Part shown: piece after piece, positions 53,039 through 64,000 of the stretch | Layout of the letters: each line of letters opens with the position of its first letter | Position numbering within the stretch: position 1 is the stretch's first letter | Source of the DNA: Octopus sinensis | Taxonomy: Eukaryota | DNA length: 64,000 nt | Assembly (NCBI RefSeq): GCF_006345805.1 | Contig: NC_043011.1 | Location: forward strand, 8,122,001 to 8,186,000 | Reading direction: 5' to 3' | Notes under the pieces: model-generated | What the model was told of the DNA's origin: nothing | Database searches by the model: none | What the model saw: only the letters and a program-made list of their open reading frames with translations | Program-made: the position numbers and the translations under genes

Positions 53039-53270
53039 GGCGGCGAGCTGGCAGAGTCGTTAGCAGGCCGGGCGAAATGCTTAGCGGTATTTCGTCTATC
53101 GCTAGGTTCTGAGTTCAAATTCCGCAGAGTTCGACTTTGCCTTTCATCCTTTCGGGGTCGATTAAATAAGTACCAGTTACGCACTGGGGTTGATGTAATC
53201 GACTTAATCCGTGTGTCTGTCCTTGTATGTCCCCTCTGTGTTTAGCCCCTTGTGGGTAGTAAAGAAATAA
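53039..53270 (+). mobile_element. SINE family B, full length
   Basis: Matches 22496-22724. Confidence 0.9.
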
Positions 53271-53376
53271 TATATATATACATACATATACATGTACAAA
53301 TACAAGCGAATACACACACAGACACTCACACATATATATCTATGAATGCATGTATCTAATCAATCTACCTACCTAT

Positions 53377-53411
<35 letters not shown>

Positions 53412-53670
53412 TATATTATATCACGTGATCACGTGACCGACCAGACCATCAGATGTTGTTACACATCGCTGGTCACAATGCGTTCGCATTGTTTTAGCCT
53501 TCGAATGACGCCACCCCGCTGGCTAAGCGAGCAGGCCAACAGAAGAAAGAGTGGGAGAAAGAGTGGTGGAGAAAGAGTGGGAGAAAAGTGGTGAAAGACA
53601 CTCACACATATATATCTATGAATGCATGTATCTAATCAATCTACCTACCTATCATATTTATATATATAAT

Positions 53671-53714
<44 letters not shown>

Positions 53715-53995
53715 CACGTGATCACGTGACCGACCAGACCATCAGATGTTGTTACACATCGCTGGTCACAATGCGTTCGCATTGTTTTAGCCTTCGAATG
53801 ACGCCACCCCGCTGGCTAAGCGAGCAGGCCAACAGAAGAAAGAGTGGGAGAAGAGTGGGAAGAAAGAGTGGGAGAAAGAGTGGTGAAAGAGTACAGCAGG
53901 GATCACCACCCCCTGCCGGAGCCTCGTGGAGCTTTTTAGGTGTTTTTGCTCAATAAACACTCACAACGCCTGGTCTGGGAATCGAAACCGCGATT
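53412..53995 (-). mobile_element. SINE family C with its 3' half locally duplicated
   Basis: TATCACGTGATCACGTGACCGACCAG tail at about 53420 and 53712. Confidence 0.75.
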
Positions 53996-54099
53996 ACACC
54001 ATCTAAAAAATTACGTATGATAGAAATATTAAAATTAAAATAGCAGTAAAATACCAATGATTAAGGAAATTGCAAAAAAATAATAAAAACGTATATAAT

Positions 54100-54200
54100 T
54101 TGTAGAATTTCGTGGCTATATTTAAGAGATGATTATAGTAAAGAAATTAATAGTAGTAATAAAATCACTTCGACATAAATATAGCCACTCATCAGGTAAA
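54100..54200 (-). ncRNA. Hammerhead-like motif, 13-bp helix II, helices I and III degenerate
   Basis: CTGATGA-GTGGCTATATTTA..TAAATATAGCCAC-GAAA. Confidence 0.4.
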
Positions 54201-54263
54201 AAATAAACTATAATAATAAAATAATTAATAAATATACTTTAATATATATAAATATATATATAT

Positions 54264-54397
54264 ATCTAATATAGGATAGAATTTTTCGAAAAACATTCTT
54301 TCAATGGCCAGCATATTAAAAAATACCTTTAAAGGTATTTTTTAATATGCTGGCCATTGATAGAATTATTTTCGAAAAATTTTATCCTATATTAGAT
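54264..54397. repeat. Spacerless palindrome, 67-bp arms
   Basis: 54301-54330 is the exact reverse complement of 54331-54360. Confidence 0.92.
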
Positions 54398-54784
54398 GTT
54401 AATTTAATAGTGTTCACTTCCGGACTCTCTCACTTTACGAGAGCTTTTCGGTTCGAATCGCAAGTGTCTCGAGGTGTGCTAGAGAGTTTCTATTTTGGAT
54501 ATATTTGGGGTACATAATTGTTCGATTCTTCTATGGGTGTTAGTAAGTATTTCACTTATTTCTTTTCCCGCATTTATCACTGATGAACTAACTCTTATGA
54601 GCTAACTCTGAAATCGGGTCCGATATGGTAATAACGGAATTTTAAAGAAATTTCTGTCGACATTATTAGAAATAAGTGCTTGTAGTGATAAATTACATGG
54701 ATATTGACGTTGTGTCTATTTTCGGCGTATTTTGGCATTAGAAATTTTTTCTGTTGTCCTTACTTATAAATTGTTCATATATAC

Positions 54785-54831
<47 letters not shown>

Positions 54832-54883
54832 TATATATATATATATATATAATATATATATATATTATATACATATACATATA

Positions 54884-54954
<71 letters not shown>

Positions 54955-54957
<3 letters not shown>

Positions 54958-55160
54958 AGATGTACTCGCATAGCAAGTAATTTGATCTGAGATCGTGTGC
55001 TGAAACGAAAACAATTGCAGCGTGGAAGGTGTTTTAAAGCCATTTAAGAAACACACAAAGCCGTTCGATTCACTTCAACATTTAAGTTTAATTTGTCAAA
55101 ATATTTTCGTCGCTAAAATCCGCGACCTGTTCACTGACAAAAATCCGTGCTGCATCTCTG
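54955..55160 (-). mobile_element. (AT)n-flanked Penelope-type terminal insert with hammerhead-like fold at 55092-55142
   Basis: TTTGTCA-GTGAACA-G-GTCGC(GGATTTTA)GCGAC-GAAAATATTT-TGACAAA. Confidence 0.45.
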
Positions 55161-55270
55161 TTTATTATATATAATATATATATATATATATTATATATCT
55201 ATATATATATATATATATATAATATATATATATATATAATAATATATATATATATTATATATATATATTA

Positions 55271-55304
<34 letters not shown>

Positions 55305-55982
55305 CATATATATATACATATATATATAGAGACAGAAAAGACAGAAACAAGGAAAATGCCACTTATATTTGAACACTATACAAATATTCTTTTAAAAAAA
55401 CTTTTCTTTTAATTTTTCTAAATTTAATTATTTAATTGTTACAGTTGAAAATGTCTCAAATAACGGAAACCGGTACTGAAATGTTCTTTATAAAATTATT
55501 TTAGCATATTCAATCTTGACTTGTTTTTTCATACATACATACATACATATATATATATACATATACATATATACACATGGTCTCATATATGCATACATAC
55601 ATGCACGATAATTCAACCATGATACACACACAATCACTCACAGAAGTACACAATAGTACTCAGCCCCCCACCCCCACCCCCACATAACACACAATCACTC
55701 TCACGCACACATAACAGATACCACACACACAATCACACTCTGTCTCTCGCTCTATCTCTAACACAAACACTCACACACTCACACATACACACACACACAC
55801 ACTGACAGTTTATGCTATATGTATTCCATTGTGACACGATGGTCACCAGATGTTGTTCATATGAAAGTCACACAGTAGGTTCATCACCCCGCCCACTTTG
55901 TAGTCTACAGGGAAGTTTAGCTTCTATGATTCCTGTCTTGGAATCGGTTTCGGATATCACCGATAATAATGACTGCCATCCA

Positions 55983-56029
<47 letters not shown>

Positions 56030-56185
56030 TTTCAGAGGAATGGTAAATGCATAGTGGAAGTCTTAAAGTCTTCCATAAGTCAGGATTTTAATATAATTCC
56101 TTGATTTAACTTTGTCAACGGTGCATTCTTTTATTTCAGGACCCCTATGATTCCTGTCGTTTATGTCAAATATATATTTTGGTGG

Positions 56186-56241
<56 letters not shown>

Positions 56242-56441
56242 CATACATACATACATACATACATACAACATACATACATACATATGTGTGTATGTATCTA
56301 TATATGTATATATATATATATATATATAATATATATTTATATATATATTTATATATAATATAATAATAAATATTAGGGAATAAATCCAAATTTACAGGGA
56401 AAAAATCAGATTTAGGATTAAATCGATTTATAGTAAATATT

Positions 56442-56517
56442 ATAAAATATTATTCGAGACAAAACCACTATTTTGTTGTTTTGCAAAATAGTGGTTTTGT
56501 CTCGAATAATATTTTAT
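56442..56517. repeat. Inverted repeat, 34-bp arms, 8-nt spacer
   Basis: ATAAAATATTATTCGAGACAAAACCACTATTTTG / CAAAATAGTGGTTTTGTCTCGAATAATATTTTAT. Confidence 0.92.
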
Positions 56518-56547
56518 TTTATATATATATATACATATAACATATAC

Positions 56548-56579
<32 letters not shown>

Positions 56580-56591
56580 TATATATATATA

Positions 56592-56632
<41 letters not shown>

Positions 56633-56633
<1 letters not shown>

Positions 56634-56790
56634 AACTGGAGGACTGTGTGATAAGTAGCTTGCTTTCCAGCCACATGGTTCTGGGTTCAGTCCCACTGCA
56701 TGGCACCTTGGGCAAGTGTCTTCTACTATAGCCTTGGGCTGGCCAAAGCTTTGTGAATGGATTTGGTAGATGGAAACTGAAAGAAGCCCG

Positions 56791-56827
<37 letters not shown>

Positions 56828-56965
56828 CATACATACATACATATATATATATATATGCACATACATATATATATATACACATACATATATATATATATAT
56901 ATGTTTGTGCGTTTGTATTTGTCCCGTTAATTTTCAGCATACCATCCTCAGTTGTCAAACGATGG
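56633..56965 (+). mobile_element. SINE family A, partial
   Basis: Head and central region. Confidence 0.75.
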
Positions 56966-56982
56966 TGTGGCAGGGACACAAA

Positions 56983-57037
<55 letters not shown>

Positions 57038-57077
57038 ACCACACACACACACACACACACACATATGTATGCATATA

Positions 57078-58700
57078 TTAGGTAGTCTAGAAATTTCTTG
57101 CGGTTTTTAATCTTTAAATTCAGATGCCCATATCTCGGCTCAAACAAAACTTTATCAATCGAAATAACCTCCATTAGAATCAGCACACGTTTGCCAACAG
57201 GAAACAAGTTTACTTACGCCAGTAGCGTAAAAATCCTGTGTTCTGAGGCAATGAAGTCGTTGAAGGCATCATCTTGGTTTTTGAAGCATTTCTCACGCAC
57301 AAAGTTTTCGAGATTCGTGGTGAGTATGGTGGATGAGGCAGAGTTTCGTAGCCCAATCCGTTCAACTTCTGCAGGGTCAGTTGTGAGACGTGCAGGCGAG
57401 CGTTGTGGAGAAGTGGTCCTTTTCTATTGACCAATGTTGGCTGTTGTCGGAGTTTCTTATGCATTTCATCCATTTGCTGACCGTACTTCTCCGCCGTTAT
57501 GGTTTCGCCTGGACCCAAAAAGCTGCGATGGATGAGACCGGCCGCAAACCACCAAACAGTTACCATGACCTTCATTTGGTGCAACTTTGGCTTCGGGAAG
57601 TGCCGTGGAGCTTCGTTGGCATCCAACCACAGAGCTGAGCGTCGCCGGTTGTCGTAAAGAATCCACTTTTCATCGCAAGTCACAATCCGGTCGAGAAATG
57701 GGTCATTCTTGTTGCGTAAAAGACGGGAAGACGACACTTCAAAACGGCGTTTTTTTTGGTTGTCGTTCAATTCGTGCGGCACCCATTTCTCAAGATTTTA
57801 TTTTGTTTTCCCAATCTCTTTCAAGTGGTTGGAAATTGTTGTATACGCTACGTCTTATTCGCGTGGATTAGCTTCGACTAAGGCTCATAGTTGATCGTTG
57901 TCAACATCCGATGGCCGACCATTACGCTTATCATCTTCAAGACTCTCGTTACCGCTACGAAATTTCTTGAACCACCATTGTGCCGTACGTTCATTAGTGG
58001 TTCCTGGGCCAAACGCATTACTCTTTTTTTTTTTTACTCTTTTTACTTGTTTCAGTCATTTGACTGCGGCCATGCTGGAGCACCGCCTTTAGTCGAGCAA
58101 CTCGACCCCGGGACTTATTCTTTGTAAGCCCAGTACTTATTCTATCGGTCTCTTTTGCCGAACCGCTAAGTGACGGGGACGTAAACACACCAGCATCGGT
58201 TGTCAAGCAATGCTAGGGGAACAAACACAGACACACAAACATATTCACACACACTTATATATATATATACATATATACGACAGGCTTCTTTCAGTTTCCG
58301 TCTACCAAATCCACTCACAAGGCATTGGTCGGCCCGGGGCTATAGCAGAAGACACTTGCCCAAGATGCCACGCAGTGGGACTGAACCCGGAACCATGTGG
58401 TTGGTTAGCAAGCTACTTACCACACAGCCACTCCTGCGCATTGTTGATATCGCGAGCTGTTTCAGCAGCTTCTCGGCCTAATTTGAACTGGAATAAGAAA
58501 ATTGTACTAATTAGGTTTTTGTTCATGTTGTATTCTACGTTCCAGAAAGAATGGCCTAATAAAGAGAAACACGATTAGATAGAGCGAAAAACGGACTTTA
58601 AAATGATTTATGAAGTCAAAGTAATTTAACGAAAATTATTTGAAAATACATAATTGAAAACCCAAATTAAAATTCCGCAAGATCTTACTTGACAAACTAA
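57078..58700 (-). mobile_element. mariner (DD34D-type, Hsmar1-like TIR), pseudogenised, SINE-interrupted
   Basis: TIR TTAGGTAGTCTAGAAATTTCTTGCGGTTTT, TA flanks; MNKNLISTIFLFQFKLGREAAETARDINN/AFGPGT..WFKKF..WVPHEL..IVTCDEKWILYDN; second catalytic Asp motif lost. Confidence 0.9.
58020..58439 (-). mobile_element. SINE family A, full length, inside the mariner ORF
   Basis: CGCATT at 58014-58019 and 58437-58442. Confidence 0.9.
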
Positions 58701-58714
58701 TACACATATATCTA

Positions 58715-59231
58715 TACGACGGGCTTCTTTCAGTTTCCGTCTACCAAATCCACTCAGAAGGCTTTGGTCAGCCCGGGGCTATAGTAGAAAATGCTTGCGC
58801 AAGGTGCCACGCCGTGTGACTGAACCCAGAACCATGTGGTTGGGAAACAAGCTTATTGCATATTTACTCTTTTACTCTTTTACTTGTTTCAGTCATTTGA
58901 CTACTGCGGCCAAGCTGGAGCTCCGCTTTTAGTCGGGCAAATCGACCCTAGGTCTCATTCTTTGTAAGCCTAGTACTTATTCTATCGGTGTTTTTTTTCC
59001 GAACCGCTAAGGTAAAAGCGCCAGCATAGGTTGTCAAGCGATGTTGGGGGCACAAACACACACACATTTATATACGACGGGCTTCTTTCAGTTTCCGTCT
59101 ACCAAATCCACTCACAAAGCTTTGGTCGGCCCGAGGCTATAGTAGAAGACACTTGCCGATGGTACCACGCAGTGGGACTGAACCCGGAACCATGTGGTTC
59201 GTAAGCAAGCAAATTACCACAGAGCCACTCC

Positions 59232-59232
<1 letters not shown>
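58715..59232 (-). mobile_element. Two SINE family A copies (head half 58715-58857; near-full 58862-59232)
   Basis: Family motifs. Confidence 0.8.
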
Positions 59233-59269
<37 letters not shown>

Positions 59270-59470
59270 ATATATATATAATAATGTAATGTAAATGTAT
59301 TTTCTATTTCTATTTCTATGTCTTGTTATATTTGTACTATATCAATGTGTATAATATCATTGCTGTGGTGTAATGGTTTAATAAAGTATTGATTGGGCAT
59401 TATCTGATGGTTGATGATTGATTTAGGTATGTTTCTCCATTTTCTAATTTTGTATATATACATATATATA

Positions 59471-59545
<75 letters not shown>

Positions 59546-59662
59546 TTTGGGGGGGTGTGGGGTGTATATACATATATATGTATGTGTATATATTTCTATA
59601 TACATATGTGTATATATTCAAATATATATATTTTTATAAGCAAATTTTATTTTCCTATGACG

Positions 59663-59729
59663 ATCACACTGATGAATTGCAGACATTTACGTATTATGTA
59701 AGTAGTAACAATGAAACCGGGTTCGTGAT
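59663..59729 (+). ncRNA. Type I hammerhead candidate
   Basis: ATCACA-CTGATGA-ATTG..CAAT-GAAA-CCGGG-TT-CGTGAT. Confidence 0.5.
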
Positions 59730-60715
59730 TAATCTTTATATTTTGTTTCTTTTCGTTTGTCTTGCTCGCTTACGTTCTGGCGTTTCCTCAATTTTCTTGA
59801 GAACAATCTTTTCTTAGTAGCAGACCATATGAGGTCTACCTCTCGCATAATGGATGTCCACTTAGTGGTCATCCCCCCTTATATGTATATATTTTAAAAT
59901 TCCCCATTGTTATACTGATATTAATTACATGATGTTTAGAACTCAATATACAAATGTTTCAAAATGTAGCGTTAGTTGAGTACAAATTAACATGAATTTA
60001 TACAAATGACAAAGGAACAGGAATGACGGAAACAATTTTATTAGCTTCCAATGGTATCTGGTATTACACGCAGCGCATTCAGAACTGAATGTAAGTACGT
60101 TATTTTATTAGTTTCTCTTGTATGACTGCGGCCGTGCTGGGGCGCCGATTTCAAGGGTTTGCCTGATCGAATCAGTTTTATTACTTTAGTTTTATGTTAA
60201 AGTGTGATAATTATTCTGTCTGTATTTTTGGCCCAAGCCCTAAGTTACCGGGACGTAAATAAACGGACACCGAGTGTTAAGCGGTGTCCGGACAAACACG
60301 ATTACACGCACACATACGTACACACACACACCTACAAATACGCGCAGACATACACGAGCACATACACGCGTGTAAACACAGACAGACAGACACACGCACG
60401 CACGCAAGCACACACACACACACACACTCACACACACACACACACAGAGGCATCCATGTGCCAGTCTTAGCTACCTTTTGAAAGGTTTTGGCCATCATTG
60501 ACACAACCCACGTCTAACTTAATAGCGGCACCATCCGAAGTACTCTTTCAAAGAGTGAATTTTTATTTGCTCAGATGCATCCAGTGCCGGTTATTTTTGT
60601 AGTATTTCTTGAAGGAATTTGACAAATTACCGTTTGAATGTTATAAGGTCTTTTCCATTTTGTCTTTGAGATTTCTTCACAATACTGTTGAATAAGATAG
60701 AACCGGCGCAGATAA

Positions 60716-60786
<71 letters not shown>

Positions 60787-60965
60787 AGTCTGTCTGTCTG
60801 TCTGTCTGTCTGCCTGCCTGTCTGTTTATCTCTATCTCTCTCTATCTCTATCTGTCTGTCTGTCTGTCTATCTGTCTGTTTGCCTGTCTGTCTGTCTGTC
60901 AGTCTGCTTGTCTGTCCGTCCGTCTCTCTGCTTGCTTACCTGTCTGTCTGACTGTCTATCCATCC

Positions 60966-61044
<79 letters not shown>
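60716..61044. repeat. (TATC)n/(TGTC)n microsatellite
   Basis: Direct reading. Confidence 0.95.
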
Positions 61045-61045
<1 letters not shown>

Positions 61046-63865
61046 CGTAGGGTAGACCATCCAAACCCGGTGATTTGTCCCTCGAGCATTCTGCTATCGC
61101 TTCCTGCACTTCCGCCGCCGTGATGGCACCTTCGCAGCACCCTGCCTTTCTTGTCGAGTGTCGTGGCAGGCTATGTAGGTAGGCACTGAAGTCCACCCTA
61201 CGTTCTTGCCCTCCACTCGTCCCGAACAGTCGGGCAAAATGCTGTTGAAAGGCCTCACACATTTTACTTGGCTCGAGCAATTCGCGCCCCTGTTCATCTA
61301 CCAGTGACCGAATGGTGGCTTTGTTGCCCTGTTGCGCCTCTGCCACCCGGGCCTCTCTCGCGGCTCCAACACCATCGTTCCTTAGAGCACGCATCCTAGC
61401 TCTGACAGCACATCCTTCGTGTTTGGCGTTGAAGTGTTGGTCGAGGGCCAACCTCGCCGCCAAAACGTCGGATGCGATGCCGCTTAGACGTCTTGGCAGC
61501 GGTATACTGCAACTGGCAGCAAAACGGGAGCATACCCGGTTTTGTGAGTCGAGGAGCTGTAACTCTGCTGAAGAAAGATCCAAACAAGGGAAACATTATA
61601 GATAACTTTAGACCAATCACGCTGCTCAATGCAGACCTGAAAATTTTGACAAAGGTGTTAGCCAAGAGGTTGGCGCTTGTCATCGAGAAACTGGTCGACA
61701 ACGCACAAACGTGCGCCGTGCCGGGCCGGAGCATCCATGACAACCTCCATCTGATGCGCTACATCATAGACAGGGTAGTTACGAACCTGGCATGAGTGGG
61801 GCCCTGATCAACTTGGATCAATCGAAAGCCTTTGATAGGGTAGACCATCGATACTTGGAGGCAGTCCTGAGAGCGGCTGGTTTCGGTCCCGTCTCCGCGG
61901 CTGGATAGCTGCCTTGTACAGAGGCATCCGTTCGGTAATTCGCGGTTAATGGATATCTATCGAGACCTTTCGAAATTGCACGTTCGGTCCGTCAGGGATT
62001 CCCCCTCTCGGCGCTTCTATACGTATTGACTCTTGAGCCACTACTGCGGAAGCTGGCGACTCTAAGGGGCACCCCGCGAGAATTGGGGATGCGGGACGAG
62101 CGTGTCTGCATACGCGGACGACGTCACTGTCATAGTGTCAAGCCACGAGCACATCGAGCGTGTCGGCGGAGACAGACACTGAAAGACTACGAAGCGGTTG
62201 ACAGGAGCAAAAATCAACCGGGAAAAAAGTCAGTGGGCTTGCGGCTCGGCACCTGGAGAAGCAAGCCCATGCCCTCCACCAGTACCTCCGTCGTGGGACG
62301 CTGGACAGACGGCCCGGTTGAGTTGCTCGGGGTCTGGTTCGGTCCGGACCTCCCAATGGAGAAGAACTGGAACGAGGATAACGAGTAGGGTGGTCACTCT
62401 CGCCCAGCAATGGGCTGAGAGGGAAACTGTCCCTAAAAGGTCGGGCGGAGGTGGTGAAACGCGTACATCGCGTCCATCATCTACTACAGCCTCTGACCGT
62501 CGTACCTTGTTCCCGACCCTACCATCACCAAACTAGAACGCATCCTCTTCCGCTTCTTGTGGAAAGGATGCGTCCCGATGGTCAGGCGATCATTTGCTGT
62601 CAACACCCGTTAAAAGGAGGGCTGGGCATGCCGTGGTTGATGATGCGCAGACATGCGCTGAGACTGCGACATCTCCGGCTCTATGTAGAGACGGTGAACA
62701 GGTGTGGTCGCCGTTTGTGAGGCACGCATTCCCGCAACTCGTCTCCATGACCGAACTACAGTCGTGGATCAAAAAGAGGCGAGGAAGGGCGAATGGCACC
62801 GCGAGTGTCGCGTTGCTCTCAAGCAACTCTGCCGTCCCGGGTCGACCTTGAGTGACTTCAACACAACCAAAGCATTCTATAGGGGATTAGTGGAGGGGAG
62901 GTACGACGACGAGCTCGGGGCAAACCTGGGCGTCGACGAGGAACACCTGACCCGCCTGTTTCAAAACGACTTTCGGCCCGGGACCTATGGACAACTTCCA
63001 GAGATCCCTGGCCTGGCGGTGCTGCTACCGAGAAGCGCTACCCGTCGGGATAAGCTCTATAGGCATGGCTCGAGAAACACGGGGCCGACCTGCCCGAGAT
63101 GCGGGCAGAGCGACGAAACCGCTCTGCACGCAATCGTGCAGTGTCCAGCAATTTCCACTGTGGGCTTATGTCGAACGACTGCTGTCACGTGTGGGATGTG
63201 TCGGTTTATCAGCCGAGTCTATCGTAATATCGTCACACCTCTCTTCAAACGGGAAGGAGGAGCTATTTTTATCATACTTGTGGCTATGGCGAAAGAATGT
63301 ATCTGGTGGACGCGCGCCTGAAAGGATAGAGACAAAACACTTTCCTCTTGGTCAATCTCTCATCACTTCTTCAAGTATCACTTGAAGAGGAAAGTGAGAG
63401 TAGAGAGGCAAGTTTTGTCTAGTGAATGTTTTAAAAAAAGATGAGTGAATGTAGCAAGGATGGCACGTATGAATGACGAAGCCACCTTGACTATGATTCT
63501 ATGAACCATAAAAATTAATACAGAGAGTTGCTTATTTGCAAAAAAAAAAGAAAAGAAATATAACATGTGACTTCATTGACCGAGGTTACCGTGGTTTTCC
63601 GTAGGCTTTTCTTTCCACGGGTAAAACCTCACCTGTCCTCCCCTTTACACTTCATATTGACATTTCTGTGATAACGATCCCTATTATTCATTTTTTTTTC
63701 TCTCCCACCTTTTTTTTTACCCCTCCCTTTTTTTGTCCTTTTTCTTTCCTTTTACGATCCCTTTTGATCGAAAACCACCACTCTCTTTTTTTTACCCCCA
63801 AAGGAAAAGCTCTACCTTGTAATTTGTTCTATCTGTGTGCAGCCCTGTGTGGCTAATAAAGAAAC
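61045..63865 (+). mobile_element. L1/Tx1-type LINE copy with 441-bp 5' inversion
   Basis: 61045-61485 is the reverse complement of 45638-46078; 61486 onward matches 46107 onward; ends AATAAAGAAAC then (TATC)n. Confidence 0.93.
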
Positions 63866-63913
63866 AATATCTATCTATCTATCTATCTATCTATATATCT
63901 ATCTATCTATCTA

Positions 63914-63964
<51 letters not shown>

Positions 63965-64000
63965 ATATTTATCTCCTTGCATGCCTATCTGTTTATATAT

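Noticed and set aside
61860-63400. Dense frameshifts as programmed recoding
   Set aside because: Single-base indels are scattered relative to the 45-48 kb copy, consistent with decay or consensus error.

Overview
Repeat-saturated eukaryotic DNA, most likely octopus (coleoid cephalopod), inferred from the tRNA-derived SINE families and dense (AT)n/(TATC)n/(AAT)n microsatellites. I found no confidently supported host gene, and most listed ORFs are microsatellite or antisense artefacts. The window holds CR1-group LINE fragments, two long copies plus two 3'UTR fragments of an L1/Tx1-type LINE embedded in (TATC)n, two Penelope-like elements (Neptune-type and Naiad-type GIY-YIG), two dead Tc1/mariner elements (DD37D and DD34D type), a tandem non-autonomous Helitron, many SINEs, a 10.8-kb 16-bp satellite with higher-order structure, a 48-bp minisatellite and several long palindromes. 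The strongest signal not explained by the ORF track is more than 12 type I hammerhead-ribozyme-like motifs in Penelope-type termini. These include non-canonical cores, inverted terminal repeats with fixed ends, and a 345-bp non-coding tandem and inverted unit that looks like a retrozyme. All folds and alignments were done by eye, and element boundaries are approximate to a few bases or tens of bases.
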